The notes under the pieces are model-generated. The model saw only the letters and a list, made by a program, of their open reading frames with translations. It was not told the origin of the DNA and made no database searches. DNA of 32,000 bases from Candidatus Kuenenia stuttgartensis (GTDB taxonomy: Bacteria > Planctomycetota > Brocadiia > Brocadiales > Brocadiaceae). Made by a program: the position numbers and the translations under genes. This document shows, in pieces, positions 15,748-25,565 of this stretch. The stretch's first letter is position 1. Each line of letters opens with the position of its first letter. The stretch lies in NCBI RefSeq assembly GCF_900232105.1, contig NZ_LT934425.1:2820001-2852000 (forward strand), read 5' to 3'.

Positions 15748-15855
15748 AGGGACGAAGCATTTGTCTGCATAGAAGATAAAGACTAAATGCTGCACACGCG
15801 CCCCAACTAGGTCCTATTTGACGAGTTATGATGTATGCAGACATGCTTCGCCCCT
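15748..15855. repeat. Family E palindromic repeat, copy 1
   Basis: Arms agggacgaagcatttgtctgcata (15748-15771) and tatgcagacatgcttcgcccct (15834-15855). The whole element matches the reverse complement of 25384-25491. Confidence 0.7.
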
Positions 15856-15921
15856 GCTGTTACGAAAAATTTTTTCCCCTGACATTATAGTATTTATAAA
15901 AAATTTATTGGGAGTGGTGTA

Positions 15922-17277
15922 TTGAAAAGGTGTCTTCTTTTTATCACTTTAATTGTCATAGTAACATGCCTGGCAAATGATATGTTTGCAGGAGACCCCA
16001 GCGGAAAAGAAACATACTCTGACAGTATACAGGGATTAAAATTTTCGGTAAACTTCGCCTGGATATTAATGAGCGCTTTTCTGGTTTTTAATATGCAGGT
16101 TGGTTTCGTCTTCCTTGGGGCTGGATTTGTACAAAAGAAGAATACCCTGAATTACGGCACTATGAGTTTTATGGATTTTTGCGCCGGAGCAATAATTTTC
16201 TGGCTTTTTGGCTTTGCTTTAATGTTTGGAGGTTCTCAACTTGCTCCCGGGCTTACCAACGGAAACAAATTTATCGGTTATAGCGGATTTTTGCTGATAG
16301 GCGACTCATACGACGTTCATATTTCTGCGCTCTGGTTATTTCAGGTTATGTTTGCATCTACTGCCTCTACGATAGTAACCGGCGCTATCGCGGAAAGATG
16401 TAAGTTTCATGCCCATGTGCTTAATAGTATTTTCCTTTGCGGCATATTGTATCCTGTTTATGGACACTGGATGTGGGGCTACGGCTGGCTGGAAACGCTG
16501 CCATTTGGGGTAGGGGCAAGAGATTTTGCAGGTTCGGGAGTTGTACACGGAGTAGGGGGACTGATTGCTTTTGTCGCGGCCTGGCGCGTTGGGCCGAGAT
16601 ATGGCAAGTACAATCCGGATGGCAGCTCGAATGTTATCCGCGGACATAACCTTCTGTATATAGTAATAGGGACACTTATCTTAATTTTCGGCTGGTTTGG
16701 ATTTAATGCCGGCAGTACGCTTGCCGTTACAGAATTGCGCGTATCCATAATAGCAACTAACACCTTTTTAGCCGCCGCCGCAGGTGCTCTAACCCTGCTC
16801 TATATTTCTTATTTTATGACAAAAACGTTTGGCGTAAGCATGGCATGCAACGGTGCTCTTGCAGGCTGTGTTGCAATTACAGCATCCGGTGCATATGTTC
16901 CCCATTGGGCGGCTATTGTAATCGGGGCTATCGGCAGCGCATTGACATGTTTCAGCCTCGATTTCATTGAAAATAAACTAAAGATTGACGATCCTGTGGG
17001 CGCCATATCGGTTCATGGAGTAAACGGGATATGGGGCTTACTTGCAGTAGGTGTATTTGCAGACGGGACATATTGCGAAGTAAGAGGATTGATTACAGGT
17101 TCAGGCTGGCAATTGCTCTCCCAGTTTATCGCCAGCATCACCTTAATTGTGTGGTGTCTGGGAATGGGCTTTCTTTTTCTCTCTTTCCTAAAACGTGTTA
17201 TAGGATTAAGAGACCCCATCAGCGCAGAGCAAAAAGGCCTGGATCTCTACGAACATGGCTCCGGGTGCTATCAATAA
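15922..17277 (+). CDS. amt: Ammonium transporter (AMT1-like clade), paralog of 13712-15271
   Basis: TTG start preceded by gggag. Aligns with amt1 throughout (AGDPSGKETYSDSIQGLKFSVN, FLVFNMQVGFVFLGAG, DFAGSGVVHGVGG, AISVHGVNGIWG). Ends at ...HGSGCYQ, where amt1 continues. Confidence 0.92.
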   Translation: MKRCLLFITLIVIVTCLANDMFAGDPSGKETYSDSIQGLKFSVNFAWILMSAFLVFNMQVGFVFLGAGFVQKKNTLNYGTMSFMDFCAGAIIFWLFGFALMFGGSQLAPGLTNGNKFIGYSGFLLIGDSYDVHISALWLFQVMFASTASTIVTGAIAERCKFHAHVLNSIFLCGILYPVYGHWMWGYGWLETLPFGVGARDFAGSGVVHGVGGLIAFVAAWRVGPRYGKYNPDGSSNVIRGHNLLYIVIGTLILIFGWFGFNAGSTLAVTELRVSIIATNTFLAAAAGALTLLYISYFMTKTFGVSMACNGALAGCVAITASGAYVPHWAAIVIGAIGSALTCFSLDFIENKLKIDDPVGAISVHGVNGIWGLLAVGVFADGTYCEVRGLITGSGWQLLSQFIASITLIVWCLGMGFLFLSFLKRVIGLRDPISAEQKGLDLYEHGSGCYQ

Positions 17278-17526
17278 TTTTGTAACATCAGGCTATTCCC
17301 TATACGGTTAAATGCCTGGACGGATTTTTCAAAAAACTATAGCGTTACATTGTTTTAAAAATTTTCCCTGACTCCAAAAACAGATAATGTAACATTCGCC
17401 TCCTAAACTTCATTATTCGTAAATATTTTATCCTTAATAACCATGGCTTGGTTAAGGCAATAAAGGCAATAAAGATGTACTTGCGATAAGAACAAGCACT
17501 GCACTTTTCGCCTTGACGTTTAGGAA

Positions 17527-17626
17527 TTTTAATATTTTTGTAGAGACGCATTGCGAATACGTAATGAAAATGTTGATACAACAGAGAGACGCATGCAATG
17601 CTTCTCTATACTAACATCAACAACAG
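17527..17626. repeat. Family D repeat (GTAGAGACGCATTGC... palindrome), copy 1
   Basis: Shares ttt(t/c)aatatttttgtagagacgcattgc and (c)taacatcaa(c/t)aacag with 29500-29556. This copy has an internal expansion containing agagagacgcatgcaatgcttctcta. Confidence 0.6.
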
Positions 17627-17668
17627 TCGTCATGTTGCGCTTGCAACATGACGACTGCGGTTTTTTTT
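17624..17668 (+). terminator. Strong rho-independent terminator between amt2 and glnK2
   Basis: cagtcgtcatgttgc (17624-17638), loop gctt, gcaacatgacgactg (17643-17657), then cgg followed by T8 (17661-17668). Confidence 0.7.
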
Positions 17669-17783
17669 GTTTATTGTCTGAAACGAATATTGTTCCAGAC
17701 TAATTCACATTATTTCTATGAAAGGAGGTTTTAGTTTTTTGTCATGTTTTACGAATATTTTTTCTCTTTATTGTTTTCGTTAA

Positions 17784-18137
<354 letters not shown>

Positions 18138-18197
18138 CATTATTCCTGCAAATTTAAAGATAAGGATTTTTAAACTGACGAATAGGAGGTTTTAAAA

Positions 18198-19544
18198 ATG
18201 AAAAAATTTAGTTTACTGACAATGTTAAGCCTTGTACTGGTGATGGCCGCATCATCCGTAGTATTGGCAGGTGACGATGTATTGGATTCGGGCGATAATG
18301 CATGGATTCTTATGTCGGCATCATTAGTACTTCTGATGTCCCCGGGCCTTGCCTTCTTTTATGGCGGCATGTGTTCATCCAAAAATATCATAAATATGTT
18401 AATGATGGTTTTTATGAGTATGGCGGTAATCAGTATCCAATGGGTATTCTGGGGATACTCTCTCTCATTTGGAGAGGATTGCGGCAACTTTATCGGAAAT
18501 TTGGCAAAGGTCGGCTTGCGCGGTATAACGCCCGATACACTCTCCGGCACCATTCCGGAATACACTTTTTTGGCATTCCAGGCAACATTTGCGATTATTA
18601 CCGTGGGGCTTATCATGGGTGCAGTTGAAGGGCGCATGAAATTCAGCGCACTTTTAATATTTATTCCCCTGTGGGCGACTGCCGTATATGACCCGGTATG
18701 TCATTGGGTGTGGGGCGGCGGTTTCCTCCAAGCCTGGGAAGTGCTGGATTTTGCCGGCGGAACGGTGGTACACATAAATTCAGGTGCGGCAGCCCTTGCC
18801 CTCGTGATATTACTCGGAAAACGCAAGAAACAAAACATAAGGCCACCATGCAATGTCCCGATGGTGCTACTCGGCACGGGCCTGCTCTGGTTCGGATGGT
18901 TCGGTTTTAATGCTGGCAGCGAACTGGCTTCTGACGGAAGGGCGGCATTTGCGTGGGTAATAACAAACTCGTCTGCAGCCACTGCTGCTTTCGTTTGGAT
19001 GGTATGCGAATGGATTCATAGGAAAAAACCTACGCTTATCGGTGCGGCTTCAGGCGCAGTTGCCGGCCTTGTAGCCATAACCCCGGCGTCTGGTTTTGTA
19101 GGGCCTTTAGGCGCTATACAGATTGGAATTATGGCGGGTGTTGGATGTTACTTTGCCAGCATGAAGCTAAAAGCGCTTTTTGGATATGACGACGCTTTGG
19201 ACGTAGTTGGAGTACATGGGATTGGCGGTACGATAGGCGCCTTTGCCACAGGTCTATATTGTACCAAAATGGTAATGGGGCCTGATGGAGTTGACGGCTT
19301 ATTCATTGGATGGGGTATGGAAGGCTTCAAACAATTGGGCTTACAATGTATTGGTTTCCTGATTTCATGGTCATACGCATTTTCAGTGACAATGGTTATC
19401 GGATTATTTCTCAAGTATACGATAGGCTTAAGGACAGCAGAAATACAAGAAGACACCGGGCTGGATATTACTCAGCACGGCGAGATTGGCTACCACCTTG
19501 AGATGGAATCTACTAGCACATTGAAGATACCTGCCGGGCACTAA
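18198..19544 (+). CDS. amtB: Ammonium transporter, AmtB/MEP-type
   Basis: DSGDNAWILMSASLVLLMSPGLAFFYGGM, DFAGGTVVHINSG, WFGWFGFNAGS and DVVGVHGIGGTIG. RBS aggagg upstream. It starts 60 nt after glnK2. Confidence 0.93.
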   Translation: MKKFSLLTMLSLVLVMAASSVVLAGDDVLDSGDNAWILMSASLVLLMSPGLAFFYGGMCSSKNIINMLMMVFMSMAVISIQWVFWGYSLSFGEDCGNFIGNLAKVGLRGITPDTLSGTIPEYTFLAFQATFAIITVGLIMGAVEGRMKFSALLIFIPLWATAVYDPVCHWVWGGGFLQAWEVLDFAGGTVVHINSGAAALALVILLGKRKKQNIRPPCNVPMVLLGTGLLWFGWFGFNAGSELASDGRAAFAWVITNSSAATAAFVWMVCEWIHRKKPTLIGAASGAVAGLVAITPASGFVGPLGAIQIGIMAGVGCYFASMKLKALFGYDDALDVVGVHGIGGTIGAFATGLYCTKMVMGPDGVDGLFIGWGMEGFKQLGLQCIGFLISWSYAFSVTMVIGLFLKYTIGLRTAEIQEDTGLDITQHGEIGYHLEMESTSTLKIPAGH

Positions 19545-19598
19545 TTCCGGACCTCATGCATTACTGTGGTTTGAGGGATTAGATTTACGGAAAAATAC

Positions 19599-19632
19599 AA
19601 GGCGCTGTCTCTTTGGAGACAGCGCCTTTTTT
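19599..19632 (+). terminator. Rho-independent terminator after amtB
   Basis: aaggcgctgtctc (19599-19611), loop tttg, gagacagcgcctt (19616-19628), running into a T-tract. Confidence 0.8.
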
Positions 19633-19636
19633 AATG

Positions 19637-19679
19637 GTAACGCTTTAGTACCTTATCAGTAATTTCTTCGCACACTTCC
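19637..19679. repeat. Family B repeat, copy 2
   Basis: gtaacgctttagtaccttatcagtaatttcttcgcacacttcc. Inverted relative to 4233-4268. It begins like the family A termini (GTAAC[AG]CTTTAGT). Confidence 0.5.
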
Positions 19680-19728
19680 ATTCGTCAGTGCATGCTTTTT
19701 GGGAAAATATTTAATTGTCCCTTCTGTA

Positions 19729-19770
19729 ATCGGCAATCCACAGATTGAGGACTGTGGATTTTCTATTATG
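19729..19770. repeat. Family F hairpin, copy 3
   Basis: aatccacag (19735-19743), loop attgagga, ctgtggatt (19752-19760). Shares cagattgaggactg with copy 2. Confidence 0.5.
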
Positions 19771-19797
19771 CCGTTTAACAACAATCTGTCATTCCGA

Positions 19798-21348
19798 CTA
19801 TTCCCATTCAATTGTGCTCGGAGGTTTTGTGCTTATGTCATATACCACACGGTTAACGCCCTTCACCTCATTTATAATCCGATGAGAAATACTTCCGAGC
19901 GTTTCATTGGGAATGCGGTACCAGTCTGCAGTCATAAAATCTGTTGTTTCTACCGCACGAACAGCAATCACATTTTCATAACTCCTCTCATCACCCATAA
20001 CCCCAACGGTACTTAACGGCAGGAGCACCGCAAAACACTGAGCAATTTTATTGTATAAGCCCGCTTTGCATATCTCCTCAATGACTATTTTATCTGCCTT
20101 ACGCAAGACTTCTAAACGCTGTCCGCTAATTTCTCCTATTATCCGGATAGCCAAACCAGGCCCTGGGAATGGATGGCGTCCGACCAATTCTTTCGGAAGC
20201 CCCAGTTCTTCACCTATTTTCCTTACTTCATCCTTAAACAAAAATCGTAATGGCTCAACCAGTTCAAACCCTAATTCTTCAGGCAATCCGCCGACGTTGT
20301 GATGGCTTTTTATAGTGACTGTCGGGCCGCCATGTGCAGGTATGCTTTCTATAACATCAGGATACAATGTGCCCTGGGCGAGAAATTGTACATCGCTTAT
20401 CTTTTGCGCCTCATTTTTAAATACCTTTATAAATTCATGACCAATAATTTTACGCTTTTTTTCCGGGTCTGATACACCCTTTAATTTCCCCAGAAATCGG
20501 TCCTGCGCCCGAACCACATGGAGGTCTGCTGAAAAATTTTCTTTAAATGTTTTAACTACCTCTTCTGCCTCAAAATTTCTTAACAGTCCGTTATCAACAA
20601 AAATACACGAAAGACGATTGCCAATTGCCTTGTGAATAAGCGCTGCAGTTACCGCGGAATCAACCCCGCCGGACAAGCCACAAACGACGCGCCCGTTTCC
20701 CACTTGTCTATTTATGTCATTCACCGATTTTTCAATAAAGGAATCCATCTTCCAGTTTCCCGAGCAATGGCATATTTCGTAGAGGAAATTCCTTATGATC
20801 TGACTGCCATTTGGCGTATGTGTCACTTCCGGATGAAATTGTACCCCATAGAAATCCCTATTCTTATGCTTTACTGCCGTATAAGGACAATTTTTTGTGT
20901 GTGCAAGCGACTCAAATTCCGCCGGTAATTCAGTAACGATATCGCCATGACTCATCCATACCGTGATCTCTTGTGGAAGGGTTTTTAAAAATCTGTTTTC
21001 ACCGCTGATGGCACATAAAGTACGCCCATATTCTCTTGCAGCGCTAGGGCTTACTTTTGAGCCAAGCATCATACATCCCAATTGCATGCCATAGCAAATG
21101 CCCAAAACAGGCACTCCTAGTTTCATTATTTCCTCATCACATCCCGGTGCATTTTTTGAATATACACTGGCAGGTCCGCCGCTGAGTATAATGCCTTTTG
21201 GTTTTATCTTTTTTATTTGTTCTGCAGTAATAAGGTGTGATACTATTTCGCTGTACACATGGTTTTCTCTTACGCGTCTGGCAATAAGCTGCGCGTACTG
21301 AGATCCAAAATCAAGGATTAAAACTTTTTCAATGTTATTTTCGAGCAT
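19798..21348 (-). CDS. guaA: GMP synthase (glutamine-hydrolysing)
   Basis: N-terminal GATase ([32 protein letters not shown]), the ATP-PPase P-loop [10 protein letters not shown], and the C-terminus ...KPPSTIEWE. Confidence 0.95.
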   Translation of the reverse strand: MLENNIEKVLILDFGSQYAQLIARRVRENHVYSEIVSHLITAEQIKKIKPKGIILSGGPASVYSKNAPGCDEEIMKLGVPVLGICYGMQLGCMMLGSKVSPSAAREYGRTLCAISGENRFLKTLPQEITVWMSHGDIVTELPAEFESLAHTKNCPYTAVKHKNRDFYGVQFHPEVTHTPNGSQIIRNFLYEICHCSGNWKMDSFIEKSVNDINRQVGNGRVVCGLSGGVDSAVTAALIHKAIGNRLSCIFVDNGLLRNFEAEEVVKTFKENFSADLHVVRAQDRFLGKLKGVSDPEKKRKIIGHEFIKVFKNEAQKISDVQFLAQGTLYPDVIESIPAHGGPTVTIKSHHNVGGLPEELGFELVEPLRFLFKDEVRKIGEELGLPKELVGRHPFPGPGLAIRIIGEISGQRLEVLRKADKIVIEEICKAGLYNKIAQCFAVLLPLSTVGVMGDERSYENVIAVRAVETTDFMTADWYRIPNETLGSISHRIINEVKGVNRVVYDISTKPPSTIEWE

Positions 21349-21460
21349 TTCTTTTCCTAATCAGACATATTTTTATACGGCCTGTTTTTAAAAACATGGC
21401 TTTATTCAGTGCAAAATAAAACCATGCCTACGTTGGTTTAAAATACTAAAACAGAATCAT

Positions 21461-23233
21461 TTGAAAATGGCAACAGAAAATATTCCTTATAAAATACCGG
21501 AAAACGAAGCGTCCGTTTTTTATCCGCCTATCGGAGACGCCCCGGAATTGACGCGAGACAATATGCGGGAAATACAGCATTATGCCTTTAAAATAACTGA
21601 TATCACTTTTCAGACATTACGGAATGAAACCCGCTTGGAATTATTAAACATCGCAACACAATACACAAAAAAAATCTTTTCGTTCCTACCGCACAAATCC
21701 AGCGAAACAACTAGCCACACGGTAAATGATAGCGGAAAAAATGCCGCTGAACAATTATACGAAAGTTTTTTGCCTGTTGAACCAATAATCTCACATCGTT
21801 ACTGTCCTGAAAGTATACCAATAATACTCACCGGACATGAACCCATTTTCTATCATCCAGGGATATGGATAAAAAACCATCTCGCATATTATTTGGCAGA
21901 GAAATTAAAAGGTATAAGCATAAATCTTATTGTGGACAGTGATTCATGTAAGGCTGGTTTTGTGTATGTGCCGTGTTTCTCCGAAGAATCAGCATCTATT
22001 CAGAAAGTATCATTTGTTGAGGGGAAAGAAACTCAGGCTTATGAAGAAATTTCGCTTGAAAGGATAGAGGTGATAGAACGCTTTAAAGATAAAGTTGATG
22101 CATTGCTCCGGAAAAACAATCACGACGACGTAAAAAATACCGTTAAAGATATGCAAATCATGTTTGATTGTTTTATGTATCAAATACGGCATGCGTATCA
22201 GCAAGGCTGCAAGGACATGACGGGATTGTTTACGGCGGCAAGAAAGGGTCTTGAAAACGCCTTTGGCATTAAAAATCTTGAAATCCCTGTTTCGCTGATG
22301 TGTAACACGAAAGGGTTCTACTCTTTTTTCCTGCACATTTTGTACAATGCAAAACAATTTACAGAAATTCATAACGAAAAATTAAATGATTATCGAAACA
22401 CTCATGCCATTTCCTCTAAAGCAAATCCGGTTCCCGACCTGGAAATACATGATACCTTGGTGGAACTGCCCTTTTGGATATGGGAAAAAGGCGGCGCACG
22501 TAATAAATGTTATGCACGATATGATGCCGGTTCCATAATAGTAACAAATGGCAATCAAATGGAATTGGCATTAAAGAAAGATGAAGATCCGCAGAAAATC
22601 ATCTCCAGACTCAGGTCGTTGGCGTCGCATCCTTTCCACCCTATTAAATTGCGGCCCAGGGCGATTACCCTAACGATGTTTTCCCGATTATTCCTGTCTG
22701 ATGTATTTATCCATGGAATCGGCGGATCAAGGTACGATGTGATAACAAATGGCATCATGAAAGATTTCTTTCATATAAACCCGCCAAAATATATTACGAC
22801 AACAACCACATTATTTCTACCTGTCAAAACACATGATATTGACGCGAAAACATTCCCTGCTTTACAAAAAGAGCTGAACGATATGCGTACCAATCCCGAA
22901 AGACATGCTTCGGGAAAAACAAGGCAACATCCCCTGTTTTTAAAAATGGTGGAGGAAAAACGTGCATTGATAGAGAGGATGAGGGGAAGCGACAAGGAGA
23001 AACGAAGTCAGTTATTCCATCAAATCAAAAAATTGAATGCGTCTATGTTTAAACAAATAACTAATGAGTTCGGGAACAGACAAAAAAAACTAGCGGCTAT
23101 TAAAGAGAAAAAGGCCTACAACAAGGTGGTAAAATGCAGGGAATATCCAATAGGTATATTTCCTTTTAATGCCTTGCATGACCACTTTGCAAATGTCTTT
23201 TCCGAAAGTAAAAATAAAGATAAACAATCGTGA
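21461..23233 (+). CDS. Hypothetical 590-aa protein; weak BshC-like motif resemblance
   Basis: Long ORF with ordinary composition. The track start is TTG 21461, with an ATG at 21467. Motifs LTGHEPIFYHPGIWIKNHLAYYLAEKLKGISINLIVDSD and RLFLSDVFIHGIGGSRYDVIT are spaced about 275 aa apart, and the C-terminus is basic and coiled-coil. Function is not established. Confidence 0.6.
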   Translation: MKMATENIPYKIPENEASVFYPPIGDAPELTRDNMREIQHYAFKITDITFQTLRNETRLELLNIATQYTKKIFSFLPHKSSETTSHTVNDSGKNAAEQLYESFLPVEPIISHRYCPESIPIILTGHEPIFYHPGIWIKNHLAYYLAEKLKGISINLIVDSDSCKAGFVYVPCFSEESASIQKVSFVEGKETQAYEEISLERIEVIERFKDKVDALLRKNNHDDVKNTVKDMQIMFDCFMYQIRHAYQQGCKDMTGLFTAARKGLENAFGIKNLEIPVSLMCNTKGFYSFFLHILYNAKQFTEIHNEKLNDYRNTHAISSKANPVPDLEIHDTLVELPFWIWEKGGARNKCYARYDAGSIIVTNGNQMELALKKDEDPQKIISRLRSLASHPFHPIKLRPRAITLTMFSRLFLSDVFIHGIGGSRYDVITNGIMKDFFHINPPKYITTTTTLFLPVKTHDIDAKTFPALQKELNDMRTNPERHASGKTRQHPLFLKMVEEKRALIERMRGSDKEKRSQLFHQIKKLNASMFKQITNEFGNRQKKLAAIKEKKAYNKVVKCREYPIGIFPFNALHDHFANVFSESKNKDKQS

Positions 23234-24176
23234 TAACGGCTATGACCGTGCCAATGATGATAAGATTTGTTTTCAAGGCAAGCACGGCATAAAACGCCTC
23301 CTTTTTATCTATTTTTATCAAAAGCACCCAGTGGACATCCCTGAGGTTTTCAAGGGGGGTATAGGCGTTGAGTACGGGGATATTGCGATAATCTTTTATG
23401 ATTTTTATATCCGTATGCCCCGCAAGTGCTTCTTTCGTTGCTTGTGTGTCAATTTCCAGTTTTAAAATAGTGTTTTGTTTCAAAAACCTTGACTTTGACC
23501 GCATGAAGTTGTCATCACCAACCACATAAATCTCCCCGGTTTCCCCTAATCCATCCCTTTGCAATAAAATAGGATCAATCTTTGAAAAAGGTATTTCAAC
23601 CATCACCAACCCTAAAAGAGTATTAGAAGCATCATACACAGGGGCAGCCCCCAGAAAGACAAAATCTTTTGATTCCTCACTCCATGTCAAATCAGAAAAT
23701 TTAATATTATTTAAACCTTCTTTAAACACTTCTCCAATGGTAAATGAGCTATAAACGCCTGTTTTTAAATTTGTACCGAGGTATTCATTGCGCTTTATCC
23801 CGAAAACAACATTTCCGTCTTTATCAACAAGAAAAATGTTTTGATAACCGAACCGTCTTTGGTAATGTTCTAAAAGAGGTCCGTAATAGGTATCGACCTG
23901 TTTGTATGAGGCAGAATCTAAACCTGCAGATCTAAATGCATTGGAGAATCGGGGTAAACTTTGTTCTACGAGGGGGTTTTTGGAAAGGATATGCACGTCT
24001 CCGTATTTTTCATAAAAGAAGTTTTGAATCTGCACCTTTTTTATCTCTCGTACTGAGATCAAATGGTTCTTCACCTCGCTTTCCAATGCGGGGATAAGTG
24101 TCCGATACGTCAATGGCCCCATAATTACCAAAAATGTGAAAAAAGCAATACTCGATGCGACTAATATCCTGTACAT
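23166..24176 (-). CDS. Two-TM extracytoplasmic Cache-like sensor domain protein with no output domain
   Basis: TM1 is ILVASSIAFFTFLVIMGPL. About 270 aa follow with Cache-like features (NIFLVDKDGNVVF..., GLGETGEIYVVGDDNFMRSKSRF, IKDYRNIPVLNAY). TM2 is LIIIGTVIAVITIVYLYFYF, followed by only 14 residues. Confidence 0.6.
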   Translation of the reverse strand: MYRILVASSIAFFTFLVIMGPLTYRTLIPALESEVKNHLISVREIKKVQIQNFFYEKYGDVHILSKNPLVEQSLPRFSNAFRSAGLDSASYKQVDTYYGPLLEHYQRRFGYQNIFLVDKDGNVVFGIKRNEYLGTNLKTGVYSSFTIGEVFKEGLNNIKFSDLTWSEESKDFVFLGAAPVYDASNTLLGLVMVEIPFSKIDPILLQRDGLGETGEIYVVGDDNFMRSKSRFLKQNTILKLEIDTQATKEALAGHTDIKIIKDYRNIPVLNAYTPLENLRDVHWVLLIKIDKKEAFYAVLALKTNLIIIGTVIAVITIVYLYFYFRKRHLQSGHARH

Positions 24177-24297
24177 TTTATCTTTACCATTTCAAAATTA
24201 AATTATAGATACGATTTCTCATGTAAAAAAAATAGACTTCCGCATGATACTAATAAATTTTGTTTTGTCAAGTTTATTGATTGAGTTAGGGGAGGAG

Positions 24298-24344
24298 GGT
24301 AGACAATCTACAATCCACAATCTGTCGGTTGCCGGTTTCGCCGG
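24298..24344. repeat. Family F heptamer repeat, copy 4
   Basis: caatcta|caatcca|caatctg|tcggttg|ccggttt. Lies between the TIM-barrel gene stop and the Cache gene start. Confidence 0.5.
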
Positions 24345-24371
24345 GGCAAATGATTTCGACCATACACACTA

Positions 24372-25274
24372 TCACGCATTTCGATATGTCTCAATGAAAA
24401 ATGCTACATCCTTTTCATTTCCACCAATAATTTCGATGGTAAAATGCGTAATGTGATTTTTTTTAAGAAGAGAAATGATTTTTTCCATATCCATATCATA
24501 GTCAGTAGAAAAATGCGAATGGGTATCTCCCATTGGCGCTTTGAAATTCCAATCGAGTGGCGTTTGATTTGTATTTAAATGCACCCCCATAACACTACAT
24601 TGCGTACATATCTCGTTAATTCCCTCGTAAAAATCAAATTTATTTAAAATCGCTGATGCCCATAGGTGGCCGACGTCCAGCCAGATTGGGCAATCAAGAT
24701 ATTTTAAATGCTCCGGTGTTTGATTTCCATTCCCAAGCCCGGGAAAATCATTCTCAATGCACAGGATGTAGGCCGGGAAATGGCTTCTTAGCCTCTCCAT
24801 ATTTATTTTCACCCCTTTTTGGTAGCCCTGAAACTCTTCCGTAGCTAAATATTCCGGATTCATTACACGGGTATTGTGTAAAAGGTATTTACTGTCTATT
24901 GCCTCGCGCAATACATTCCCATAGTTGGCAGGATCATTTTTAATTGGTTTTGTGGTCATGAAAAATCCATGCAGCACGGCAATAGTGCTGTTCAACTCTT
25001 CAAGAATATTTGCCGTGTTTTCAAAATCCTCAACAATACGCTCAAAATTATCTCCTGCCAGATTTATGAAATGTTGAGAAAATAATGGGGCATGAACGGT
25101 ATACTTTACATTATATCCCTTAATTTTGTTATACAACTCCCTTGAAATGGTATTATGAATTTGAATACCAAATTCAAACCCTTGTGATTCAACCATTTCC
25201 TTACAATTTGTTACCTTTGCAAACACCTCTGTGTCTTTGAAACACATGGTACTCATCTCTATCAATACCGTCAT
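24372..25274 (-). CDS. Probable xylose-isomerase-like TIM-barrel protein (sugar phosphate isomerase/epimerase family)
   Basis: A 300-aa soluble protein with alternating beta/alpha character. His/Asp/Glu-rich strand ends (VHAPLF, AVLHGF, ILCIENDF, WLDVGHLW, GVHLN, GDTHSHF) are reminiscent of AP_endonuc_2 folds. This is a motif-level impression only. Confidence 0.4.
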   Translation of the reverse strand: MTVLIEMSTMCFKDTEVFAKVTNCKEMVESQGFEFGIQIHNTISRELYNKIKGYNVKYTVHAPLFSQHFINLAGDNFERIVEDFENTANILEELNSTIAVLHGFFMTTKPIKNDPANYGNVLREAIDSKYLLHNTRVMNPEYLATEEFQGYQKGVKINMERLRSHFPAYILCIENDFPGLGNGNQTPEHLKYLDCPIWLDVGHLWASAILNKFDFYEGINEICTQCSVMGVHLNTNQTPLDWNFKAPMGDTHSHFSTDYDMDMEKIISLLKKNHITHFTIEIIGGNEKDVAFFIETYRNA

Positions 25275-25383
25275 TATAAAAACATTCCTTTCTGAACAAT
25301 ATCAGGACACAATACGGGGAAAATTTTTCCACACCGTTTTCTTTAATATATATTCACATTAAAATAAAATCACTTACCCATTT

Positions 25384-25491
25384 GGGCGAAGCGTTTGCTG
25401 CATATAGTTATAACTCGTTCAACAAAACGGAGTTGTCGGGTATGTAGCATTTTAAGTCCTTATCTTCTACGCAGGCAAATGCTTCACCCCT
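25384..25491. repeat. Family E palindromic repeat, copy 2 (inverted relative to copy 1)
   Basis: Arms gggcgaagcgtttgctgcata (25384-25404) and tacgcaggcaaatgcttcacccct (25468-25491). The reverse complement aligns along its length with 15748-15855. Confidence 0.7.
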
Positions 25492-25565
25492 ATTATTTTA
25501 AAGGCACTATATTTGCTAAAAATTCTTATGCCTCATACGAAAACATTCTTTAAAGAAGGTTTATC

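Noticed and set aside
17345-17581. 78-aa ORF MYQHF...MRLYKNIKIPKRQ, and 29342-29524, a 60-aa ORF MRLYKNIEMPVHNF
   Set aside because: The shared MRLYKNI peptide comes from family D repeat DNA (ttttgtagagacgcat). One overlaps the fur 3' end. They are not a gene family.
19699-20016. 105-aa plus-strand ORF across the guaA 3' end
   Set aside because: It starts in the family F hairpin and continues antisense to guaA.
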